The notes beneath the pieces were generated by a model. It had not been told where the DNA came from and made no database searches. It saw only the letters and a list, made by a program, of their open reading frames with translations. Below are positions 48,216-55,543 of a stretch of DNA of 64,000 nucleotides, piece by piece. Made by a program: the position numbers and the translations under genes. This DNA is from a virus. Location: the IMG/VR virus record IMGVR_UViG_3300014293_000001, positions 1 to 64,000 of that record; one strand, written 5' to 3'. Within the stretch, counting starts at the first letter, position 1, and each line of letters opens with the position of its first letter.

Positions 48216-48628
48216 GTTTACTAAATACAGCCTATATCAATGTAGGCTTTAAAACCTATATTCCCCTTGATAGCATTGATTACATATTAGATAGCACTGA
48301 ACAACGATATAAGCGTTTAGTAATTGCGATGAAAAAAGAAGGTCTAATTAAACTTGATGCGACTAAACGTAGAAAGTGTCGCAGTCTTATCGTTACTAAA
48401 GATAAAATGGGTATCTTATCTGCATTTCCACCTGAATATTTATTAGGTTTAAATGTAGATGATGAAATACAAGATAAGCTATTAGAGCAAGATAAGATTG
48501 AAAAGGCAAAAGGTCGAATTCGTTATTATAAATGGGGGTATGAACATGGATATAAAACAGAGGAAGAGTATAGAAGAGCGTGTGAAGAAGCCAAGACCCT
48601 CGGAATACAAGAAGAAACCGAAGCCTAG
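48212..48628 (+). CDS. RemA/DUF370-like DNA-binding protein with C-terminal extension
   Basis: YINVGF.TYIPLDSIDYIL...EGLIKLDATKRRKCRSLIVTKDKMGILSAFPPEYL parallels RemA INIGFGN.V...IDAT.GR.TR..I.TD...ILSA. Confidence 0.55.
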   Translation: MSLLNTAYINVGFKTYIPLDSIDYILDSTEQRYKRLVIAMKKEGLIKLDATKRRKCRSLIVTKDKMGILSAFPPEYLLGLNVDDEIQDKLLEQDKIEKAKGRIRYYKWGYEHGYKTEEEYRRACEEAKTLGIQEETEA

Positions 48629-49013
48629 TGCTCAACAAGAATTATACGCTCGTGTAAAAGCTGAGACTGGTAATACAGCATTAGCAAAAGCAGAAGCAGG
48701 ATATTCACCAAATTATCCTACTAAATTATTAGAGCATACTGAAACAATGGAAATTGCCTTAGAAAAACAAAAACAAATAGTACAAGATAAATTTATAAAA
48801 CGTGCAGAAGAAATGGCAGACCAAATGTATCATTTAGCACTTAATGCTCGTTCAGACCAAGTTAAATTCCAAGCTACTAAAGACTTATTAGATAGAGCTG
48901 GTTTTGCACCTGAACAAAAAACCATTAATGAAACACGATTTACAACTATTGAATCTCGTGTTACACAAGATATGCTCGCACGATTTAATCGTATTAAAGA
49001 GATTGACAACTAA
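48546..49013 (+). CDS. terminase small subunit-like HTH protein
   Basis: ATG 48546 follows GGGGGT. ETGNTALAKAEAGYSPNYPTKLLEHTE resembles the TerS (Terminase_2-type) G-N...A...AGYS HTH. Confidence 0.45.
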   Translation: MDIKQRKSIEERVKKPRPSEYKKKPKPSAQQELYARVKAETGNTALAKAEAGYSPNYPTKLLEHTETMEIALEKQKQIVQDKFIKRAEEMADQMYHLALNARSDQVKFQATKDLLDRAGFAPEQKTINETRFTTIESRVTQDMLARFNRIKEIDN

Positions 49014-49023
49014 AAATGGACAT

Positions 49024-49057
49024 AAAAAAAGCCCCAATTAAGGGGCTTATTTTTTTA
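49024..49057. terminator. bidirectional intrinsic terminator between convergent operons
   Basis: A7, AGCCCC-AATTAA-GGGGCT, T-run. Confidence 0.85.
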
Positions 49058-49366
49058 TTTATTTAATAATTTATCAATAGCGTCATCACCAAGCAATTCC
49101 ATTAATTGCTCTTTCATTAAATCATACATAGCAATTTCTGTCATGCCTTTAACAATATCCATAGCTTCAGTGGCTTCCATGTGTGAGTCAGCACATCGAC
49201 GTATAATTTCTTTGTGTATTTCAATACCAAGAAGTGCAAGTTCATATACTGTAGTGTCTTTCGTAATAGAAGCACGTACACCATGATTATCATATTGGAA
49301 TGTAGCACGTGCATGAGTGTCTTTCACGTTAATGTCTTCTAATTTTGCTTTTAAATTTGTTTGCAT
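49055..49366 (-). CDS. hypothetical protein
   Basis: ATG 49366 follows TGGAGGT; 103 aa. It is the last gene of the leftward operon. Confidence 0.65.
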   Translation of the reverse strand: MQTNLKAKLEDINVKDTHARATFQYDNHGVRASITKDTTVYELALLGIEIHKEIIRRCADSHMEATEAMDIVKGMTEIAMYDLMKEQLMELLGDDAIDKLLNK

Positions 49367-49437
49367 ATTATTTACCTCCAACTAAACATAATATTATAAA
49401 TTACTGATACCTGTTATTTAATAATCACCACCTTTCA

Positions 49438-49815
49438 TTAAATGCTATTAGTTTCATCGTATATAATTGGGTCTTTACCATAAGTATTATCCCAATCAAC
49501 AAACTTACTATTAACGGGGTAAAAATACCCATAAGGAGACCATACACTACTAAAACACAACTGTTGAATAGTTTCTGCGTCGTAAATACAATTTACTAAA
49601 TCATCTTCTACTTCACTTTCTCGTGATTCGCTAAGTGTTCTATATAAATTGTCAAGAAGATTTTTCAAAGCAAACACCAGTGTCCACGGTACTTCCACAT
49701 TAAATGTTTCTTCCAATTCTGATAAAATATATTCTACGCTATAATATAATGTTTTATCATTGAATTGAACACCATTGATATAACCTTTAAAATCATGAAC
49801 AATCTTTTCTTTCAT
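49438..49815 (-). CDS. hypothetical acidic protein
   Basis: ATG 49815 follows AAAGGAG. The track's upstream M-rich extension is implausible. Confidence 0.6.
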   Translation of the reverse strand: MKEKIVHDFKGYINGVQFNDKTLYYSVEYILSELEETFNVEVPWTLVFALKNLLDNLYRTLSESRESEVEDDLVNCIYDAETIQQLCFSSVWSPYGYFYPVNSKFVDWDNTYGKDPIIYDETNSI

Positions 49816-50116
49816 TATATCTCCTTTTACATTTACTACTACAAAACCTCCCATATTTACGTTCTTGAATTGGTGGTAATCTACCACCACACACACAGCA
49901 ATGAGTAGCTTTAGAACCACGTTTACCATTAACACCATCATATTCATGTTCATCATCATATTGTTGCCATTTCATGTCAAACTTTTGTTGCCATGTTAAT
50001 GTATCTTCAGGCGGTTTAAAACTTTTTCGTGTTGCTGGATTTTTACAAGCATCACATAATACATCGTTGCCGTGCACTTCAAATAATGTGCTACAACTAT
50101 GACATTTTCTCTGCAT
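49793..50116 (-). CDS. double zinc-ribbon protein
   Basis: AAAGGAGG SD. Cys motifs CHSC...CDAC and CCVCGG...CSSKC. Confidence 0.65.
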   Translation of the reverse strand: MQRKCHSCSTLFEVHGNDVLCDACKNPATRKSFKPPEDTLTWQQKFDMKWQQYDDEHEYDGVNGKRGSKATHCCVCGGRLPPIQERKYGRFCSSKCKRRYNERKDCS

Positions 50117-50126
50117 ATAACCTCCT

Positions 50127-50306
50127 TTATATTAATTCAGCATAATACGTTGTATTAGATACTGAACGATTGCTATACATATTCATATAAAACGCATATG
50201 TATCATCACGCCACTTTTGTACTCTATATTGCACTCTTGTAGTCAATATCTCAGACGTAACAAAGCACCCACACAATGAGCGAAATCTATCTTCTGGTCT
50301 AATCAT
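50127..50306 (-). CDS. small paralog family member 13 of 13 (59 aa; below the track cutoff)
   Basis: ATG 50306 follows TAAGGAGGAAGC. Reads MIRPEDRFRSLCGCFVTSEILTTRVQYRVQKWRDDTYAFYMNMYSNRSVSNTTYYAELI. Confidence 0.55.
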   Translation of the reverse strand: MIRPEDRFRSLCGCFVTSEILTTRVQYRVQKWRDDTYAFYMNMYSNRSVSNTTYYAELI

Positions 50307-50315
50307 GCTTCCTCC

Positions 50316-50507
50316 TTATACAAAAAACTTAACTTCATAAATCATATTACGTGACATACTCTTACCGTAACGCCCTATGTAGCAATATTTTAATGGTTCT
50401 ACATCTATACTCAAATAATGGTCATGCAATACATTAAATAATAAGTCTTGTTCATACGCATCATATTGGATAGAAGTTGCTTTTAATATATCGCTTTTCC
50501 TTATCAT
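50316..50507 (-). CDS. small paralog family member 12
   Basis: ATG 50507 follows GAGGTG (MIRKSD...YEVKFFV); the track start 50543 is upstream. Confidence 0.6.
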   Translation of the reverse strand: MIRKSDILKATSIQYDAYEQDLLFNVLHDHYLSIDVEPLKYCYIGRYGKSMSRNMIYEVKFFV

Positions 50508-50517
50508 ATTCACCTCA

Positions 50518-50727
50518 TTAGTATCTTTGTAATTTAGCTGCACATATAGATTTATATATTATTGCATTGTAAGAATCTCGTGTATCATATCGCATAATAT
50601 ATAAACCATCTATTGTTAAAACAGTTTGACCAAATTTGTTTGGAGGACAACAATAACCGTATGTATATGTCGTAGACGCATAATTTTTAACAAGATATAC
50701 TCTTAACATATTTTTTGTATCAATCAT
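50518..50727 (-). CDS. small paralog family member 11
   Basis: 69 aa; ATGA overlap with the upstream member. Confidence 0.6.
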   Translation of the reverse strand: MIDTKNMLRVYLVKNYASTTYTYGYCCPPNKFGQTVLTIDGLYIMRYDTRDSYNAIIYKSICAAKLQRY

Positions 50728-50930
50728 TCTACACCTCTTGTTAATACCACTTTAAATGGTCTTATTCTATCTACATAATAACGTTCACCATATAAATAGT
50801 AGAATAATTGTGAAATCGCACATTCGTCTTCAAGACGTTCATAATTTTCCATATATCTAGTAGTTTTAACTATAGTCGGTCGTTTAATAACATCTGTAAA
50901 TTGATATAAATATTTTGTATTTAACATCAT
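50724..50930 (-). CDS. small paralog family member 10
   Basis: 68 aa, abutting its neighbours. Confidence 0.6.
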   Translation of the reverse strand: MMLNTKYLYQFTDVIKRPTIVKTTRYMENYERLEDECAISQLFYYLYGERYYVDRIRPFKVVLTRGVE

Positions 50931-51130
50931 TATCCTCTTTTCTTCACGTATTTTATTTCAATAACTTTACGATATGCATTATTTTTATTACTATAATTAT
51001 TTCTATAAGCTAATTTTAATGGGCATAATACATCAGCAACACGTGTCGGATGAAATATAAAGCTAACGTTACCTATACAATTAGAGTAATGTTTAGTTGT
51101 TAAAATTACACCATCTGCCGCTCTTATCAT
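50930..51130 (-). CDS. small paralog family member 9
   Basis: MIRAADG...YRNNY...IEIKYVK; 66 aa. Confidence 0.65.
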   Translation of the reverse strand: MIRAADGVILTTKHYSNCIGNVSFIFHPTRVADVLCPLKLAYRNNYSNKNNAYRKVIEIKYVKKRG

Positions 51131-51309
51131 TTTAACTTCACCACTCTAAACATATTATGACATTGATATAAGTATATAAAATTATCCAACATTACAAATG
51201 GTACTGCGTATGTTGATAAATTATTATTATTTATGAATTGAGATACACGTATTCTCTGTTTAGGATGTACTATATTGACTTGATACAGTCTATCATTTTT
51301 GTTTATCAT
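51127..51309 (-). CDS. small paralog family member 8
   Basis: MINKNDRL...RVVKLK; 60 aa. Confidence 0.65.
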   Translation of the reverse strand: MINKNDRLYQVNIVHPKQRIRVSQFINNNNLSTYAVPFVMLDNFIYLYQCHNMFRVVKLK

Positions 51310-51311
51310 AA

Positions 51312-51497
51312 TTAATCACATAACCCCTCATATTTTATTTCAATCATCTGCTGGTAATTATACATATATTTATAAATATATAATAATAGAATATTACCAT
51401 CATATATATATCCAATACGTTCTTTACACGATAGTTTATCTACTACATTCGGATAATCTGTATATGTACATATTACTTTGGCTTTGTTATGTATCAT
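51312..51497 (-). CDS. small paralog family member 7
   Basis: MIHNKAK...IEIKYEG; 61 aa. Confidence 0.6.
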   Translation of the reverse strand: MIHNKAKVICTYTDYPNVVDKLSCKERIGYIYDGNILLLYIYKYMYNYQQMIEIKYEGLCD

Positions 51498-51684
51498 AAT
51501 CTAGCTCCATTATTGCAAAAATATAATTATTATCGTATCTCATTTGTAATATGTCTATTAATCGCCATTTGACATTATGACATACGAATATACATTCAGA
51601 TGTATCTACTTTATGACGAATGAATGGCAAAGTTACATCATTGGATGTTTCTTTTATCAAAAAAGTGTCATTCTTCTTCATCAT
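51487..51684 (-). CDS. small paralog family member 6
   Basis: MMKKNDTF...MRYDNNY...ELDYD; 65 aa. Confidence 0.65.
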   Translation of the reverse strand: MMKKNDTFLIKETSNDVTLPFIRHKVDTSECIFVCHNVKWRLIDILQMRYDNNYIFAIMELDYDT

Positions 51685-51868
51685 ACTTCACCTGTACTAA
51701 TTCATAATTATATCCAGCGGAATATTGATTACGAAATATATTGTATACTCCACGAATCTGTTCGTGTATAAATAATAATGGATAGTTGTGTGTATCACCT
51801 CGTAGTTCGTAAGCCACTGCATTGGCTCTTATTTCAATTAATCGAACACCATCATTTTTATTCAACAT
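51668..51868 (-). CDS. small paralog family member 5
   Basis: MLNKNDGV...FRNQYSAGY...VQVKYDE; 66 aa. Confidence 0.65.
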   Translation of the reverse strand: MLNKNDGVRLIEIRANAVAYELRGDTHNYPLLFIHEQIRGVYNIFRNQYSAGYNYELVQVKYDEEE

Positions 51869-52052
51869 TTTTTACTCCTGCTATGGTATATTCATATCCA
51901 TTTTTATAATTTCTAATATAAACATCACGTATACTATTTAAATCGTCATATGTAAAATACCAACTGTAAGGTTGCACTGAACTGCATAATTTACCAATAG
52001 TTTTCGCTGCTCTCATTTCTATTAATGAGATTTGATGATATATATTTAACAT
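51858..52052 (-). CDS. small paralog family member 4
   Basis: MLNIYHQ...IRNYKNGY...AGVKNVE; 64 aa. Confidence 0.65.
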   Translation of the reverse strand: MLNIYHQISLIEMRAAKTIGKLCSSVQPYSWYFTYDDLNSIRDVYIRNYKNGYEYTIAGVKNVE

Positions 52053-52246
52053 AACTTCACCTTAAATGCATTTAACATACCCTGATAATCATTTCTAGCA
52101 TATTTGTTGCGGAACATTTTTTCGACAAGTACTGTACTGATGTAAAAATCAGCACGATAATATCTACTTGCTCCACCACAAAATTGTGGTACATATTCTA
52201 TTGCTGTCATTCTAATTTTTTGATTTTTATTTATCATTCGTATCAC
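52046..52246 (-). CDS. small paralog family member 3
   Basis: MIRMINKNQ...FRNKYARNDY...FKVKLC; 66 aa. Confidence 0.65.
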   Translation of the reverse strand: MIRMINKNQKIRMTAIEYVPQFCGGASRYYRADFYISTVLVEKMFRNKYARNDYQGMLNAFKVKLC

Positions 52247-52247
52247 C

Positions 52248-52439
52248 TCAATCTTCTAATTTCAAATAAAACACACCGTTATCATCTTTATCGTAACACG
52301 CAATTAGTTCATTACACAGATAACAATCAGGTGAGCTATCTGTTTGTTGATAATCCGTTGTAATAGGACCAAATAATTTGTTAATTATATTATAATTAAC
52401 TGTATAATAGCTAGTAACTGATGCATAACGATTTAGCAT
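52248..52439 (-). CDS. small paralog family member 2
   Basis: 63 aa ending FYLKLED. Confidence 0.55.
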   Translation of the reverse strand: MLNRYASVTSYYTVNYNIINKLFGPITTDYQQTDSSPDCYLCNELIACYDKDDNGVFYLKLED

Positions 52440-52618
52440 ATAAACACCTCTTCACTTATTTGATATACAAAAGCAGCACCGTGCTTGTAGTTTCTTGTAA
52501 ACAGTGCTAATAATGTCATTGAAGATAATTCTGTTACAGGATTAGGAAAATCTTGTGTCCATCTGAAATGATTTTTGTATGTTGTTATTTTTACTTTAAA
52601 TGTTTTTTGTTCTATCAT
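52433..52618 (-). CDS. small paralog family member 1
   Basis: 61 aa; contains TRNYKHG. SD is GAGGTG. Confidence 0.6.
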   Translation of the reverse strand: MIEQKTFKVKITTYKNHFRWTQDFPNPVTELSSMTLLALFTRNYKHGAAFVYQISEEVFIC

Positions 52619-52645
52619 AATTTCACCTCATCACTCTTTTTTATA

Positions 52646-52663
52646 GGGGAGCCGAAGCTCCCC
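52646..52663 (-). other. very stable GC hairpin with C(UUCG)G tetraloop on the transcribed (minus) strand
   Basis: The plus strand reads GGGGAGC-CGAA-GCTCCCC, so the minus-strand RNA loop is UUCG. No U-tract follows on the minus strand. Confidence 0.6.
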
Positions 52664-52669
52664 ACTGGA

Positions 52670-53227
52670 CTATTGGGAAACTTCAGCAGTATTTACTTCT
52701 TCATTCACTTCATTTTCTACAGGTGTTTCTGTAGCTGTTTCAGAAGGTGTTTCAGGAGTTGGTTCTGTTGGTGCTTGAACCATTACAACTGGAGTTGGGT
52801 TGGACATTTTGTAGTGTTCGTAGAATTCGGTACCCATTTCACGGTCAATTCGTTTTAATTCTTGAATTAACAAATAAGATGTTTCAGCACCACGTTCGAT
52901 GTATTTCTTAGTGCGTGCTTTAATAGCCATTAACACGATTTGTTGTAAATCACGTACTTTAACAGTACCAGCTTTAGATACGAATACGAATTTCTTAGCC
53001 GTTTCTTCGTTTAAAGAGATAACAGGGATTTTAATAGTATCTACTGCATCTTTACCAGTGTTAGTAGCGGCAAATTCAGAAATTGCACGAGCAACACCAG
53101 ATGGAGTAGCAGAATATACTTTAGTTTGTTTTAAAGAATTGGCAATAAAACGTAATTGTTCTTTATCAGATAAAGCAGAAACGTAGTTAGTAATAATCAA
53201 GTTCATTTGTGCAACAGTTGTAGCCAT
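52670..53227 (-). CDS. hypothetical protein with acidic P/T/E-rich tail
   Basis: AAAGAGG SD; 185 aa. C-terminus reads APTEPTPETPSETATETPVENEVNEEVNTAEV. Confidence 0.7.
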   Translation of the reverse strand: MATTVAQMNLIITNYVSALSDKEQLRFIANSLKQTKVYSATPSGVARAISEFAATNTGKDAVDTIKIPVISLNEETAKKFVFVSKAGTVKVRDLQQIVLMAIKARTKKYIERGAETSYLLIQELKRIDREMGTEFYEHYKMSNPTPVVMVQAPTEPTPETPSETATETPVENEVNEEVNTAEVSQ

Positions 53228-53231
53228 AATT

Positions 53232-54419
53232 TTATACCTCTTTCATAGTATGATTAATAATTGTTTTCTTAATATTTTGAGTTCGCAATCTGTATTCATC
53301 AATGCTATCTTTAGCATAGAGATATACAATATTGCAAGGTTCTGTCTGACCAATACGATGTATACGGTCTTCAGCTTGACCCATTAGAGAGGGCGACCAC
53401 GGATATTCAATAAATATAGCCGTGTGTGCTTTGGTTAGGGTAATACCAACAGCACTTGCCTGTAAACTACAGATAATCAAATTTGTGTGATTAGCATTCG
53501 AGCCAGAGTGCATCTGGAAATTGTCAATATTTTGTTGTCTATTTCGTTTAGATTGACCACCGATGATGTATTTTGCATCAGGAAATTCCTTTCTTAATTT
53601 TTCTACAATATTTCGATGGTGTGCAAATACCACAAGGGACTCACCTCTTTCTAATACTTTACGAATGTATTCTATACAATAAGGAAGTTTTTGTTTTAAC
53701 ACTTCTTTATCGTATTTTTCAATCTCCTCAAACGAAGTTGGTTCTGGTTGAGATATAGTGCAACAAGGAACCATGTGGACAGTTTTTGGAGGAAGATTTT
53801 TTTGTACATTTTTAAGACGTCTTATCCATACTTTTTTCATCGCTTCATTGAGCTTTGATAAATTTGAATGACCGTCGTTTGATGTACCCCATGGTGATTG
53901 ATAAGCTCCACAGAAATCTCTTAGGAATTTATCTTTACCACCAAATTTATATGTAAGTCCTGCAATCTCTAATTGACATAACAACTCTTTAGGTCTGTTT
54001 AATACTGGTGTACCTGTAATCATAATACGATAACGAACACCTTCAACCAATTTCATCGCTGCTTTAGTACACTGAGATGTGGGAGTTTTTAAAATATGAC
54101 ATTCATCGAATATAACTTGTTGTATATTAAGGCGTTTAAGTGAAACTAAATATCTGGTTAAACGCTCATAATTTGTAATGATAACTTTGGAACTCATATC
54201 ATCAACATTTACATCAATTCCAGCCCATGTTTTCAACTCTCTTTTCCAGTTTTCTTTTAGAGGAGCAGGACAAACAACTAAAGTAGGGAACTTATTTCGT
54301 TCCTTAATTAAAGTGCATACTTGAACAGTTTTACCTAAACCCATATCATCACAAAGGAAAATAGATGATTGGTTAAGCATTTTATTAACGCCTTGTCTTT
54401 GATATGGGTATAGTTTCAT
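53232..54419 (-). CDS. SNF2-family helicase/ATPase (minimal two-lobe form)
   Basis: Motifs DDMGLGKT, DECH, TGTP and QAEDRIHRIGQ. TAATG overlap with the upstream gene. Confidence 0.8.
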   Translation of the reverse strand: MKLYPYQRQGVNKMLNQSSIFLCDDMGLGKTVQVCTLIKERNKFPTLVVCPAPLKENWKRELKTWAGIDVNVDDMSSKVIITNYERLTRYLVSLKRLNIQQVIFDECHILKTPTSQCTKAAMKLVEGVRYRIMITGTPVLNRPKELLCQLEIAGLTYKFGGKDKFLRDFCGAYQSPWGTSNDGHSNLSKLNEAMKKVWIRRLKNVQKNLPPKTVHMVPCCTISQPEPTSFEEIEKYDKEVLKQKLPYCIEYIRKVLERGESLVVFAHHRNIVEKLRKEFPDAKYIIGGQSKRNRQQNIDNFQMHSGSNANHTNLIICSLQASAVGITLTKAHTAIFIEYPWSPSLMGQAEDRIHRIGQTEPCNIVYLYAKDSIDEYRLRTQNIKKTIINHTMKEV

Positions 54420-55543
54420 TATGCCTCCAGTCTTACAGTACCAGTTTTGTCATCGTAGACACCTTTCACTGTACCGATAACACTATAAAAAATATCGTTT
54501 AATGAACCACTAACATGTGGAAAATTTGTGACAAAGAATACGCAAGACTTATCTTTAGTATTCTCAGTTAAGTCCCATACAGCACCTTTTTCATCTTCAA
54601 TAAATTCCATCATAGCATTCATTTTTTCTTGATTCATTGGCGTTTTACCACCATTTGCAATACATTTAACCATTGTGTATGTGGTTTTTACCTTTTCTTC
54701 TGCTTTAGGTACTTTATACCCAGATAAATAAGAGGAGTATTTTAATCCATATCTATTAAAGAATGGTGTTTGTACCCAACCATCTAGCACAACATAATGT
54801 TTACCACCGTCGATATAATGTTCAATGATTGTATTACCGTAACCTTCTACTAATTTAGTAAAGTTTGCTAACCAATCTGGTTCTCCAACTGGCGGTGTAA
54901 TTTCATATTCATAGTAGCTAGTATAAGATGTATAACCACATCCACCATAATAGTAACTACTTTTGCGTTCTTCATAACTTGTATTAGAATATTGAATACC
55001 TGTTTCAGTAGAAGTATTCCAAGAACCAAGGATAATCGCACTTTTTTTACCAAGGATAGCGTACTTGTTTGTACCCATCGCCTTTTTGATAAGATATTGA
55101 GTGCTTTCTTTATACAGTTTATCTTTAAGAGGGAATAACACTTGTGCACCAAAGTACATTGTATCACTATAAGGTGATAACATGCCTTCTTTTGGTGTAA
55201 AGTCACTCATTACACCATTATGAGAAAAACCAATATCTGTAAATACATCAGTTTCACGCATTGTTTCCAAATTGTCGCTAAGTGCAAACGGATGGCAACA
55301 TTCTGGCGAAATTTTACCAGACGTTGCAATTCTAAAGTGGAATACACGGTCCCTGTCAGTAGGAAGGTCTTTCACTGCATTCCAAAAATCATCAAAATTC
55401 ATAAACCCTTTACGAATATGAACTTTCTTTTTGTTATCATCGTAAATCATGAAACCAGCACCATCAGGATTATTTACGAAGCAGTTTCTAAATTCTTTCT
55501 CTGATAACTCTGTATACTTAGATGCATAAGCAATAACGCACAT
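54419..55543 (-). CDS. class-II (Ntn) glutamine amidotransferase-like protein (YafJ-type) with C-terminal extension
   Basis: Starts MCVIAY (nucleophile Cys2), then PDGAGF...HFRIATSG...CHPF...FSHNGV. TAATG overlap with the upstream gene. Confidence 0.75.
   Translation of the reverse strand: MCVIAYASKYTELSEKEFRNCFVNNPDGAGFMIYDDNKKKVHIRKGFMNFDDFWNAVKDLPTDRDRVFHFRIATSGKISPECCHPFALSDNLETMRETDVFTDIGFSHNGVMSDFTPKEGMLSPYSDTMYFGAQVLFPLKDKLYKESTQYLIKKAMGTNKYAILGKKSAIILGSWNTSTETGIQYSNTSYEERKSSYYYGGCGYTSYTSYYEYEITPPVGEPDWLANFTKLVEGYGNTIIEHYIDGGKHYVVLDGWVQTPFFNRYGLKYSSYLSGYKVPKAEEKVKTTYTMVKCIANGGKTPMNQEKMNAMMEFIEDEKGAVWDLTENTKDKSCVFFVTNFPHVSGSLNDIFYSVIGTVKGVYDDKTGTVRLEA

Noticed and set aside
52646-52663. 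GC hairpin as a canonical intrinsic terminator
   Set aside because: No U-tract follows the stem on the transcribed (minus) strand; the T-run lies on the wrong side. It is recorded as a stable UUCG hairpin of unknown role (RNA stability or processing) rather than a terminator.
51299-52858. Plus-strand ORFs opposite the paralog array and the 185-aa gene (51299..51499, 51577..51771, 52553..52858, 52899..53186)
   Set aside because: They have no SDs and an AT-rich codon composition dominated by I/Y/F/L. They are antisense to tightly coupled minus-strand genes.
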